From: Minisyncoccota bacterium
Lineage (GTDB): Bacteria; Patescibacteriota; Minisyncoccia; Moranbacterales; GCA-2747515
Length of the DNA: 64,000 nt
Reading direction: 5' to 3'
Assembly: GCA_937936355.1 (NCBI GenBank)
Contig: CALDDM010000008.1
Location: forward strand, 19,454-83,453
This document shows positions 56,178 through 64,000 of the stretch, piece after piece. Each line of letters starts with the position of its first letter. The stretch's first letter is position 1. The position numbers were made by a program, and so were the translations under genes. The notes under the pieces were generated by a model. The model saw only the letters and a list, made by a program, of their open reading frames with translations. It did no database searches and was not told the DNA's origin.

Positions 56178-56948
56178 CTACAAATAAAAGATAAAAAGCA
56201 CAATACCTAGTATAATACGATACCAGCCAAAAACCCTAAAGCTATACCGACCTATGAATTGCACAAAGACATGCAACGCTCCAAGCGCAATGATACAAGC
56301 TACCACAAAACCAACGATAAGATTAACAGTATTTTGCCCACTAAATAGGTCAGGTGTCTGCAGAAGATCATAAACTGTCACCACGGTAAGCACTGGAACT
56401 GCAAGTAAAAAAGAAAACTCCGCAGCAACCTTTCGTGAAAAACCACTCCATAGACCACCAATAATTGTCGCACCCGACCGCGATGTTCCAGGTATAAGCG
56501 AGACAATTTGCAAAACACCGACAATCAAAGCTTGCTTAACTGAAAGATCTTTAACATCATCCACCTTTACCTTATCAGGCTTTTTGGTGTACCAGTATTC
56601 CGTAAGCAAGAAAACAACACCCCCAACAATAAAAGCTCCAGCGACAACCTCCACAGCAAAAAGTTCTTTCACAATATCAGCCAAGAGATAACCTGCTATG
56701 AGAATCGGCAATGCGCCAACCCCCACAAGCATCCAAGACTGCTTTGAAAAGAGGAGTGTTGAACGATAATAAAGCACAACAGCTACAACAGCAGCGAATT
56801 GTATGACAACCTGAAAGCTCTTGAGAACCTCATCCTGCTCAAGACCCAAAAAGGAACTAGCAACAATCATGTGCCCCGTCGAAGAGACTGGCAGAAATTC
56901 CGTCAGACCTTCTATTACAGCGATAATAATTGCGTCAAATACTGTCAT
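56178..56948 (-). CDS. uppP: undecaprenyl-diphosphate phosphatase
   Basis: 256-aa polytopic ORF with the BacA motifs EGLTEFLPVSSTGH and PGTSRSGATI. Confidence 0.92.
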   Translation of the reverse strand: MTVFDAIIIAVIEGLTEFLPVSSTGHMIVASSFLGLEQDEVLKSFQVVIQFAAVVAVVLYYRSTLLFSKQSWMLVGVGALPILIAGYLLADIVKELFAVEVVAGAFIVGGVVFLLTEYWYTKKPDKVKVDDVKDLSVKQALIVGVLQIVSLIPGTSRSGATIIGGLWSGFSRKVAAEFSFLLAVPVLTVVTVYDLLQTPDLFSGQNTVNLIVGFVVACIIALGALHVFVQFIGRYSFRVFGWYRIILGIVLFIFYL

Positions 56949-57075
56949 AGAGACGTGCTCATGTTATGGATCAGATAGTTATACAGCCCTCTTTTGTCGT
57001 TCAAATCCTACAAGAACTCTCAGCGCATTGTAGTGGATAAATGCATACCTGTCTATCGATGCACAAAACCAAAAA

Positions 57076-57690
57076 TTACGAACGCTGTGACTTCTTCTGG
57101 ATAAAGACATAACCTGCAACAATCAAGCAAAGCAAAACAATGGTTACAATAACAATCTGGCCAAGGTACTGCTCAATTAAGGCTTGATTGGAGCCTAAAA
57201 AGTATCCCAAAAGCGTGAGAATAATCATCCATATAGCAGCGCCAAGTGTCGTATAGATGGTAAAGACGAGAGGGTTCATCTTTGCAAGACCAGCAGGAAA
57301 CGAGATGTACTGCCGAACAATTGGAATAAGTCGACCGATAAATGTCGAAATCGCCCCATGCCTCTCAAAAAATCCTTCGACACGATGCATTTTTTCCTGC
57401 GTCACAAAACGCCCGACCACAGGGGCATTAAAAAGAAATGCACGCCCAAATGTGCGCGCGAGAGCATAATTAATCCACGCACCCACAAGAGAGCCAAGTA
57501 CACCCACACCAATAGCAATCCACAAACTCATTTCACCACGAGCTGCAGCCACACCAGCTGGTATCATTGCCACTTCACTAGGAAAAGGAAAAAATGTACT
57601 CTCAAGGGTCATCATAATAAAGATCCCAGTATAACCCCACGCACTCACAATACCTACTATACCGTCTATAATGTGATGCAAAAACTCCAT
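57076..57690 (-). CDS. DedA family membrane protein
   Basis: 204-aa ORF with DedA signatures FPFPSEVAM and GRLIPIVRQYISFPAG. Confidence 0.85.
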   Translation of the reverse strand: MEFLHHIIDGIVGIVSAWGYTGIFIMMTLESTFFPFPSEVAMIPAGVAAARGEMSLWIAIGVGVLGSLVGAWINYALARTFGRAFLFNAPVVGRFVTQEKMHRVEGFFERHGAISTFIGRLIPIVRQYISFPAGLAKMNPLVFTIYTTLGAAIWMIILTLLGYFLGSNQALIEQYLGQIVIVTIVLLCLIVAGYVFIQKKSQRS

Positions 57691-57727
57691 ATCGTTCTTT
57701 TAAATATAATATCGATTTATTTTACAA

Positions 57728-58369
57728 CTACTCAACAAAAGGATCCTCAAACAGCTCATCAAACAACGTCTCAGAGGCTATAAAGGCGGAGCCACATTCC
57801 ACATTAACCACCTCTTGGACAATTTTTTGAAATTGCACATCTTTTCTCGATTCCTCCAAATCTATAAGCGCATCATACTCTGTCGCGTAACCTTGATCGA
57901 CAAAATATGCGTCACGCTTCTTCTGCAACTCCAGAAGTACTTCACGATCAGCAACAGTTCCATCATCAAAGTATGACTGCCAGAAATCTTTATCTACAGC
58001 AGCACACACAACACCACCAAAGACCTCTGCACGCTTTACCACAAGCGGATCAGCAACTCCAATCTCCTGCACTGGAGTCGGAGACACTACAACTTCATCC
58101 ACCTTCTGCTCGGGACTCTCTCGCACTGGATCCTCCCGATCTACAAAGAAATCACCGTCAAAAAGACGTTGAAGAAAGTCTTTTTTTTGAGCTACCATCT
58201 CCGATTCAGTCTTATAATCTCCCTGTGTTAATTCCCCTATTTCTGCTTGAGTTTGTGTCATCTGGTCATTCTGAAATCCTTGATTTACTGATTGCACATC
58301 TTTATCACTACAACCAGAAAAAACAACACTCACACATGCAATAGTCATACACATTATCACTCCCCTCAT
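57728..58369 (-). CDS. hypothetical lipoprotein
   Basis: 213 aa counted from the ATG at 58369. The lipobox is MRGVIMCMTIACVSVVFSGC|SDKD, and the mature part is acidic. Confidence 0.6.
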   Translation of the reverse strand: MRGVIMCMTIACVSVVFSGCSDKDVQSVNQGFQNDQMTQTQAEIGELTQGDYKTESEMVAQKKDFLQRLFDGDFFVDREDPVRESPEQKVDEVVVSPTPVQEIGVADPLVVKRAEVFGGVVCAAVDKDFWQSYFDDGTVADREVLLELQKKRDAYFVDQGYATEYDALIDLEESRKDVQFQKIVQEVVNVECGSAFIASETLFDELFEDPFVE

Positions 58370-58392
58370 AAACAGCTCTAAATCAGTTAAGA

Positions 58393-58788
58393 TTATCGAT
58401 ATCCTCGTCCATATGCTTGCCCGCCACCCCATCGCAACGGGGTATGCAAGTATGGTGTCGACAGTGTATCCCGCACCCCAAAATACACATCCAAAACGTC
58501 GATATTCGTACTCTCATGGGTTGCCTGACGACACATGTCAAAGTCGGTGTCTACACGATCACGAACAAAAACATCACCACCCAACCAGTACGCTCGAGCG
58601 CGCTCTGCACAACAACGATTCGTAGCGTCTGAGACATACGGAGTGATCATGCCGCAGTTGTCAGAGCCCCTATAGACGGCATCACCATCCGGATCCACCT
58701 CATAAAAACTCCAACTCACCAACCACCATGCATACAGACCAAAAGCGCATGAGATAAAAAATAATATTCTTGCAGCTTCTCTACTCAT
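58393..58788 (-). CDS. hypothetical N-terminally anchored, Cys-rich exported protein
   Basis: 131-aa ORF with one N-terminal TM segment. I recognised no motif. Confidence 0.5.
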   Translation of the reverse strand: MSREAARILFFISCAFGLYAWWLVSWSFYEVDPDGDAVYRGSDNCGMITPYVSDATNRCCAERARAYWLGGDVFVRDRVDTDFDMCRQATHESTNIDVLDVYFGVRDTLSTPYLHTPLRWGGGQAYGRGYR

Positions 58789-58841
58789 AATACATATCTT
58801 TACATATAAGTATACTACAAAAGCATCTAAATCTCAGATGA

Positions 58842-59450
58842 TCACGTCAATGCAAATCGCATGCGATAAATAGAATCCCCTGCAGCCATTTTTGCCTGCT
58901 CCCACTTTGTCTGTATGCCATGGGGAGATGCATCAAAATACACAATATTCTCCACACCACTCTGCATCAAAAGTACTACCGTATCATCAAACAATTGTTT
59001 TTGATCTGTTTGATAAGTCCACGAAATACCACGTGGCATCCATGTGCGCACATCTGTAATGAGTCGCTCACAAATCACGCGACGCTTATGGTGACGGTCT
59101 TTAAACCACGGGTCAGGAAAATTCACATAAATCATCTCCACAGATGCACCATCAACAGTGATCGCATCATTCAGTAATGCTCGCAAATTCCGCACAGCAT
59201 CACCAGCAAAAACAGCAACATTCTCGTTGTCTGCAAAGCGCTCCATGAGTCTCTGTGCAAGTGGCTTGCGGATTTCCAAAACAAGAAAATTATAACGATC
59301 CCCATGCAGATCCAACAGACCCTGTGTAAATTCACCACGATCCGCACCGATATCAACAATAATTGGTCGATCATTGCCAAAACCAGCAAACGAGTATTCA
59401 CTGCGATCACTTAGTGGATTGACATGGTGACGTACGCGTTTTTTACTCAT
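58842..59450 (-). CDS. trmB: tRNA (guanine46-N7)-methyltransferase
   Basis: 202-aa ORF with IVDIGADRGEF (SAM motif I) and the YVNFPDPWFKDRHHKRR motif typical of TrmB. Confidence 0.85.
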   Translation of the reverse strand: MSKKRVRHHVNPLSDRSEYSFAGFGNDRPIIVDIGADRGEFTQGLLDLHGDRYNFLVLEIRKPLAQRLMERFADNENVAVFAGDAVRNLRALLNDAITVDGASVEMIYVNFPDPWFKDRHHKRRVICERLITDVRTWMPRGISWTYQTDQKQLFDDTVVLLMQSGVENIVYFDASPHGIQTKWEQAKMAAGDSIYRMRFALT

Positions 59451-59509
59451 AAAAACTTATGGTAATTACTAAATCGACAAAAAACATCAGGCTATATATC
59501 TCAAAAAAA

Positions 59510-59866
59510 CTAGAAAAGCTCAATAGCACGCTCAGGAAAATCACAGTACAGTGCCCTATTTTCACCCTTAACAACAATTGGCGATTTCATGACATATGGA
59601 TGATCTGCGATAAAATCTATAATCTCAGCATCATCTGACTCCTCATTGAGATGACTATCCACCCAGACAACATCATCCCGATCAACAAGATCTATAGCCC
59701 ACATCCCAAGCATATCCAATAGACTCTGAATATCATCTGTTGTACACACACAATCCTCAAGAATCACATTATGGCATGAACTAGGTGAAACGCCATTATC
59801 ACGCAATAACGCAACAACATTATCCGCATGTGACGATTTCAAGTGTCGATATATTTTGTATGTCAT
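59510..59866 (-). CDS. ArsC/Spx/YffB-fold protein lacking the N-terminal redox Cys
   Basis: 119 aa counted from the ATG at 59866. The C-terminal HPYVMKSPIVVKGENRAL resembles the P-x-L-I/K-R-P-I motif of the ArsC family. The N-terminal CxxC/Cys position reads RHLKSSH. Confidence 0.45.
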   Translation of the reverse strand: MTYKIYRHLKSSHADNVVALLRDNGVSPSSCHNVILEDCVCTTDDIQSLLDMLGMWAIDLVDRDDVVWVDSHLNEESDDAEIIDFIADHPYVMKSPIVVKGENRALYCDFPERAIELF

Positions 59867-59873
59867 ATTTCTT

Positions 59874-60407
59874 TTACTCTGGCACGGTATATATAGTAAG
59901 AGGTGTTTGACCCTCAGGCGCATCACGCACAGTGATGCCATCCCACCTCTTTAGCGTGAAATTATACAACACAATGCGTGAATGTGCACGTAATTGCGCC
60001 ACCACCCCCAAAAAGCGAGGGCTATTGATACTACGACGCACACCAAAAACATAAAGAACATCAGCATCGCCATAGCTCTGCGTATAAATATTACCTCTGA
60101 TAAGACGCACATTCGTCACCCCTGAAAAAAAGACGCGCGCGCAAGCGATCCCATGCAAAACAAACGACATCTCCACACCCACAAACCGCGCATCAGGATA
60201 GAGTCGCGCAAGCAAGAGTATCACGCGAGCATCACCAGAGCCAAGATCATAAAACGTCTCCCCAGACTTAAGACCTGACAATGTCCCGATACGCGCAATG
60301 TCAGACTTTCTCGTAGGCAACCATGGCGCAAGAGAAAGAATTGTATAAATCATCCACGCAGCGATCACACAACTAGCCACACTAATACATATTGCTGAGA
60401 TCATCAC
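59874..60407 (-). CDS. class I SAM-dependent methyltransferase with N-terminal TM anchor
   Basis: 177-aa ORF with motif I FYDLGSGDARV. Confidence 0.7.
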   Translation of the reverse strand: MMISAICISVASCVIAAWMIYTILSLAPWLPTRKSDIARIGTLSGLKSGETFYDLGSGDARVILLLARLYPDARFVGVEMSFVLHGIACARVFFSGVTNVRLIRGNIYTQSYGDADVLYVFGVRRSINSPRFLGVVAQLRAHSRIVLYNFTLKRWDGITVRDAPEGQTPLTIYTVPE

Positions 60408-60412
60408 TTTCT

Positions 60413-61162
60413 TTAAAGCGTAAAATTTTGAAAATCAAACCAATCCTCCAAAGCAGCAGCATCTTGCACATAGCCACGCACATCTTGCGTGCGGGATATT
60501 CCCAAATGCAAATGCTTACGCTCACCACCAGACTCAGCGCTTAGATGATCGCCAAGCTCCGTGATTTTGGAACCAGCGGATACTGACTGTCCTTGTGTAA
60601 CAACTGTGTCGGTGCGAGAAATATGCCCATAAAGCACATACACATCTCCACCCGCATTCACAGAAGGGCAAAGCTGCGTGATCACACCACCATAACCAGA
60701 AACATCATCTATACGGACTATAGCGCCATCACAAATCGCAAAGACATCCATATCTTGAGACAGCTCCTCCTGTGTCACTTCAAAATCAACACCCGTATGA
60801 TACCCGCGAAATCTCTCTGGTTGGACAGGTGATGTTGCAGGGTCGATCTTTATCCCAAAAGGTTTGCGCGAGATACGCTTCTGTACATCTCCCACGAGTG
60901 GTGCCGTGAGCATTACGACACTCTCACCCTGATCTGCACGATCACTGGCGCTCTCCTCACTGTCAAAATCGATATTACTCACACCCATTTGCGATGGAGC
61001 CTTTTGTAATTTGTGAGCTAACTCTTCCACTTGCGAATAATCTCCTGGAACAACTTCTACCATCACATCATGCGTAGCAACCTGTGCGCAACCTGAAAGA
61101 ACCAACAGCAAAAGCAATGACCAACATACTCTTGAACTCCCTCGTCTTTTTTCATTTCCCAT
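60413..61162 (-). CDS. M23 family metallopeptidase (lipoprotein)
   Basis: 249-aa ORF with the lipobox LVLSGC|AQ and the LytM motifs HTGVDF and HLHLGI. Confidence 0.85.
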   Translation of the reverse strand: MGNEKRRGSSRVCWSLLLLLVLSGCAQVATHDVMVEVVPGDYSQVEELAHKLQKAPSQMGVSNIDFDSEESASDRADQGESVVMLTAPLVGDVQKRISRKPFGIKIDPATSPVQPERFRGYHTGVDFEVTQEELSQDMDVFAICDGAIVRIDDVSGYGGVITQLCPSVNAGGDVYVLYGHISRTDTVVTQGQSVSAGSKITELGDHLSAESGGERKHLHLGISRTQDVRGYVQDAAALEDWFDFQNFTL

Positions 61163-61178
61163 TCTCGATTCTAATAGA

Positions 61179-61979
61179 CTAATCTTTCAATTCCAAGGAA
61201 AGCGGGCAATGATCGCTTCCATATTGGTCATGCAAATACTGCACACCTACAACATTCTTGTCGTACTTTTTATCGAGAAAGAAATAATCGATCCGCCACC
61301 CAACATTGCGATCACGAGATTTCGTTACCATATCCCACCATGAGTAGACATCTGTGACATCTTCATTTCTTACGCGCCACACATCAATCCAATAATCATC
61401 AATCAGTCGGTCAACCCATGCGCGCTCCTTTGGATGAAAACCGACTTTGCCATCATTACTCTTTGCTCGCGCTATATCGATCTCTGTATGCGCAACATTG
61501 ACGTCACCACCCATAATCACGATGTGCCCATCCTCTCGAAGTTTGCTCATATGTGCATGAACCTTGTCATAAAAAACAAGCTTCTCTTTCCATGCCTGAT
61601 CACTCTTCCCGCCATTTGGAAAATAGACAGAGAAGATACTATATACTTTCTTTTTTCTCGTAAACGTCAGTTGGGATATCCGCCCCTCATCCATATTTGG
61701 CGCATCCTCTATATGCGTGTGAAATGACACATCACTACAATCCTTCATAAAATCCTTACGGACCCAAATTGCAGTGCCTGCATAACCCTTCTTGTGAGCA
61801 CTATGATAATACTGATCATAGTCTGCATGCTCTGTCAGGTACGCACCAAACTGATCTCGCTGACCCTTAATTTCCTGAAAAAGGAAAAATTCTGCAACCT
61901 CTCTCTCAACGAATTCCTGCAAATCGCCTTTACGCTCTACTGCGCGGATGCCATTAACATTCCATGTAATAATCTTCAT
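61179..61979 (-). CDS. xth: exodeoxyribonuclease III
   Basis: 266-aa ORF with MKIITWNVNGIRA, LFQEIK and C-terminal GSDHCPLSLEL. Confidence 0.93.
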   Translation of the reverse strand: MKIITWNVNGIRAVERKGDLQEFVEREVAEFFLFQEIKGQRDQFGAYLTEHADYDQYYHSAHKKGYAGTAIWVRKDFMKDCSDVSFHTHIEDAPNMDEGRISQLTFTRKKKVYSIFSVYFPNGGKSDQAWKEKLVFYDKVHAHMSKLREDGHIVIMGGDVNVAHTEIDIARAKSNDGKVGFHPKERAWVDRLIDDYWIDVWRVRNEDVTDVYSWWDMVTKSRDRNVGWRIDYFFLDKKYDKNVVGVQYLHDQYGSDHCPLSLELKD

Positions 61980-62021
61980 ATAATTGTCATTTGTTTTAGT
62001 ATAGCAAATCTCATCTCATTG

Positions 62022-62050
62022 ATTGACACAAAGATGTATTTATACTATAA
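62022..62050 (+). promoter_or_regulatory. perfect-consensus promoter TTGACA-N17-TATAAT
   Basis: TTGACA is at 62022-62027 and TATAAT at 62045-62050. GGAG lies 7 nt upstream of the ATG at 62079. Confidence 0.6.
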
Positions 62051-62078
62051 TGCTGACATCGTAATTTGGAGACTGCGC

Positions 62079-62423
62079 ATGCAGATCACAAGTAAAACAA
62101 CTACCTTCAAAACCGCAGTCGCGATCATAAGGGCCATCTACCCTAGTTATCGCCACGCACAAGACACACACCTTTACGCCCACCTACAAAAAATCCTCTT
62201 TAATCAACTCACCGAAAAAGAGAGATTAAAAAATGGTGTACGTCTCTACCAAGTTTCAGTAGAGGTTGCCGAGTTTCGCCAGACTGAAAAAATCGACAAA
62301 GTATACGAAATTAAAACACTCGGCGGCACAGTGATTGGCTACGTTGGCACGGTCAAGCAAGGTGTGAGAGTGATAAGAATTGTAGCCAAAAAGGCAAAGA
62401 CAAAAGGTCAGGGATCCCCCTGA
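62079..62423 (+). CDS. orphan 114-aa basic protein
   Basis: The start is MQITSKTTTF... at the ATG at 62079. The ORF-track 5' extension to 61794 is antisense to xth. A consensus promoter, an SD and a strong terminator flank the gene. Confidence 0.65.
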   Translation: MQITSKTTTFKTAVAIIRAIYPSYRHAQDTHLYAHLQKILFNQLTEKERLKNGVRLYQVSVEVAEFRQTEKIDKVYEIKTLGGTVIGYVGTVKQGVRVIRIVAKKAKTKGQGSP

Positions 62424-62436
62424 CCTTAATTTTTTA
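62406..62436 (+). terminator. rho-independent terminator
   Basis: GGTCAGGG-ATCC-CCCTGACC forms an 8-bp stem followed by TTAATTTTTT. It overlaps the stop codon. Confidence 0.75.
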
Positions 62437-62524
62437 AAGAAAAACAAAAGAAAAACAACAGATCATTATATTTCTATGTGCAAAAATATTTGCTCAGATT
62501 ACTTCCCACACACTCCTCCACACC

Positions 62525-62553
62525 TTGATTTACCACTTCTTTCATAGTATACT
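62525..62553 (+). promoter_or_regulatory. tRNA promoter TTGATT-N17-TATACT
   Basis: The -35 hexamer is at 62525-62530 and the -10 hexamer at 62548-62553, 22 nt upstream of the mature tRNA 5' end. Confidence 0.55.
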
Positions 62554-62575
62554 GTGAAAACTGTAATTGTGCAGA

Positions 62576-62666
62576 TGGAGAGGTGCTAGAGTGGTTGAAT
62601 AGGACACCCTGCTAAGGTGTTAGCCCTTCACGGGGCTCGAGGGTTCGAATCCCTTCCTCTCCTCCA
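62576..62666 (+). tRNA. tRNA-Ser (anticodon GCU), class II with long variable arm, CCA encoded
   Basis: The acceptor stem is GGAGAGG/CCUCUCC. The anticodon stem ACACC/GGUGU encloses the loop CUGCUAA. The variable arm is GCCC..GGGC, and the T-arm is GAGGG-UUCGAAU-CCCUU. The 3' end is U-CCA. Confidence 0.9.
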
Positions 62667-62668
62667 AT

Positions 62669-62704
62669 ACTATAAGACACGGATTATTGTCCGTGTTTTA
62701 TAGT
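62669..62704 (+). terminator. 15-bp hairpin immediately after the tRNA
   Basis: ACTATAAGACACGGA-TTATTG-TCCGTGTTTTATAGT, with one G-U pair. The U-run lies inside the 3' arm. Confidence 0.55.
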
Positions 62705-62750
62705 ATCTGGATAGTGGCAAAAGAATTCGAGGTTTATGCCCAAGAGCGAA

Positions 62751-62779
62751 GCGACAGGGTAAATCCCTTCCCCACCATC
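62751..62779 (+). repeat. degenerate duplicate of the tRNA-Ser 3' end (T-arm plus acceptor)
   Basis: GCGACAGGGTAAATCCCTTCCCCACCATC resembles the tRNA segment CGAGGGTTCGAATCCCTTCCTCTCCTCCA. They share an exact 10-mer, AATCCCTTCC. The copy lies about 90 bp downstream of the tRNA. Confidence 0.45.
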
Positions 62780-62894
62780 TCATTCTATAAGGCAAAACAA
62801 ATCACTCTACCTCATAGCACCTAAAGAGTTTGACACGCCTTACAAAGCCTGAAATCTTTTATGGAGTAAATAATTCTTTCAATACACTAATAAA

Positions 62895-63353
62895 ATGTAC
62901 TATCTCCACTCATTCGTTACGATCATTGTAGTCATTATGATTACAAGTATATATAACAACAACGTACTTGTTACATTATTTGTATCAATCATGATTTTAG
63001 CATGGGTTTATACGAAGCAAATACTGATTTCAGATGGAATTGAGGAAGAAAAAGTTAACGAGAAAATTAAGTTAACACTAATCATGAATGGCTTCGTCAT
63101 AGCTATGCTTCCAAGTATCATGAGTTTCATAAATAAACCAATAGAAAATTTTGGCTCACAAGAAGCCATACTATTCGCCTCTCTACTAGCACCTGTTATT
63201 TCTATTCTGATCATATTCGCAGCATTTTCTCAAGAAAACGCTCAAATGAAGAAAAAGCTCTTTAATTATGGGACAGGGACTTTCTTTACTTTTACGGCGC
63301 TCGCAACTTTCTTATACATCTGGCTTCTGCTGTCAGGCGCATCGTTAGTCTAG
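62895..63353 (+). CDS. hypothetical polytopic membrane protein in an AT-rich segment
   Basis: 152-aa ORF with about five hydrophobic helices. Its codon composition is visibly more A/T-rich than the core genes. Confidence 0.6.
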   Translation: MYYLHSFVTIIVVIMITSIYNNNVLVTLFVSIMILAWVYTKQILISDGIEEEKVNEKIKLTLIMNGFVIAMLPSIMSFINKPIENFGSQEAILFASLLAPVISILIIFAAFSQENAQMKKKLFNYGTGTFFTFTALATFLYIWLLLSGASLV

Positions 63354-63536
63354 TTAACTTGGGATTATTAAATTTTTCATAGATCCTCACTGGCATTCGG
63401 CCTCCACCATGACCGACGACGTTGATTTGCAGTAAACCCTGTACACACAAAAATCAAAGATTTTCGTGTGCTTGGCACTGAGGGACAGGGGCGTATAATA
63501 ATAAAAAAGTGTTGATTTCTAAAAAATAGAAATACT

Positions 63537-64000
63537 ATGAAGCCAATTTATCTGGATTTACATATCCATACATCAAATGATCCAAATAACCTAAGCATTG
63601 ATTACGATTTAGATACTCTCATTGCAAAGGTGAAAGAACAAGCCCAAGGTGACGACTTTCTGATTTCACTTACCGACCATAACAACATAAATGAAAGAGT
63701 TTACTTGGAGGCAGTCTCAAAGCTTGATGACAAAATTATTTTGGGTGTTGAGCTACACATAAAAGCATATGAAGACAAAGATGCTAAGTCTTATCACTGC
63801 CATATATACTTTGATCTGAATAAGATCAATGCAAAAGTAATTCAAGATCTAAACAAAAAACTTAATATCTTATACCCCAATAAACAACCAAATAAAAAGG
63901 ATGAATCAATACCTATCATAGAGAGCATTTTAAATACTTTTGACGAATATAGCTTTGTATTACTGCCACATGGCGGACAATCTCATGCAACATTTGACAG
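63537..64000 (+). CDS. PHP (polymerase/histidinol phosphatase-type) phosphoesterase domain protein, N-terminal part (truncated by the window edge)
   Basis: This is a hand-translated open frame not present in the ORF track. It reads MKPIYLDLHIHTSND...SLTDHNNI...GVELHIKA...YHCHIYF...LLPHGGQSHATFD. The HxH, DH, E..H, H and H motifs occur in PHP order. Confidence 0.75.
   Translation, partial: MKPIYLDLHIHTSNDPNNLSIDYDLDTLIAKVKEQAQGDDFLISLTDHNNINERVYLEAVSKLDDKIILGVELHIKAYEDKDAKSYHCHIYFDLNKINAKVIQDLNKKLNILYPNKQPNKKDESIPIIESILNTFDEYSFVLLPHGGQSHATFD

Noticed and set aside
61794-62078. 5' part of the 209-aa plus-strand ORF
   Set aside because: This part is antisense to xth up to 61979. A consensus promoter (62022-62050) and an SD sit inside it, so the real gene most likely starts at 62079.
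62424-62460. Tandem AAGAAAAACAA repeat (two copies) after the terminator
   Set aside because: It is a two-copy A-rich low-complexity sequence adjacent to a T/A-rich terminator tail. It is most simply explained by slippage or compositional bias.
63412-63419. CTCCACCA, a possible tRNA or tmRNA 3' end in the AT-rich segment
   Set aside because: It is not preceded by a T-arm (no GTTCRAnnC) or by an acceptor-stem complement. It is probably a chance match within a short GC-rich patch.

Overview
The window is compact, almost intron-free bacterial DNA under the standard genetic code. About 85% of genes lie on the minus strand. Gene content suggests a reduced-genome, monoderm-like bacterium, possibly CPR/Patescibacteria such as Saccharibacteria; this lineage call is inference only.

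Recognisable blocks, left to right:
- M32 carboxypeptidase, then glyQS preceded by a T-box leader.
- pgeF, an AraC-HTH/MGMT fusion, and a five-repeat bPH membrane protein.
- murC and murG; TrmH-family methyltransferase, folD and a HAD hydrolase; yvcK and a sugar nucleotidyltransferase.
- A 946-aa leuS that carries an embedded Nudix domain.
- An ArsB/NhaD-type permease with a CBS-pair protein.
- A complete F1Fo ATP synthase operon (atpB-E-F-H-A-G-D-[extra membrane ORF]-C).
- A roughly 3-kb orphan island (30.4-33.3 kb) at the window centre. It encodes a lipoprotein, a secreted protein and several micro-ORFs, each with its own promoter and terminator.
- tatD, gatCA and ligA.
- A complete type IV pilus cluster: pilM-N-O-B-REC-T-C-pilin-pilD, three minor pilins and a PilX/LamG protein.
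- clpC and comF, then engB, uppP, dedA, trmB, an M23 peptidase and xth.
- tRNA-Ser(GCU), followed by a visibly AT-rich stretch that ends in a truncated PHP-domain gene.

I saw no rRNA, CRISPR array, transposase or integrase.

The most unusual items are:
- the Nudix-in-LeuRS fusion;
- the central orphan secretome and micro-peptide island;
- the glyQS T-box;
- the atypical atp operon;
- the tRNA-Ser-associated scar and island.

All functional calls rest on motif recognition by eye, with no database searches. Coordinates of RNA and regulatory elements were hand-derived.
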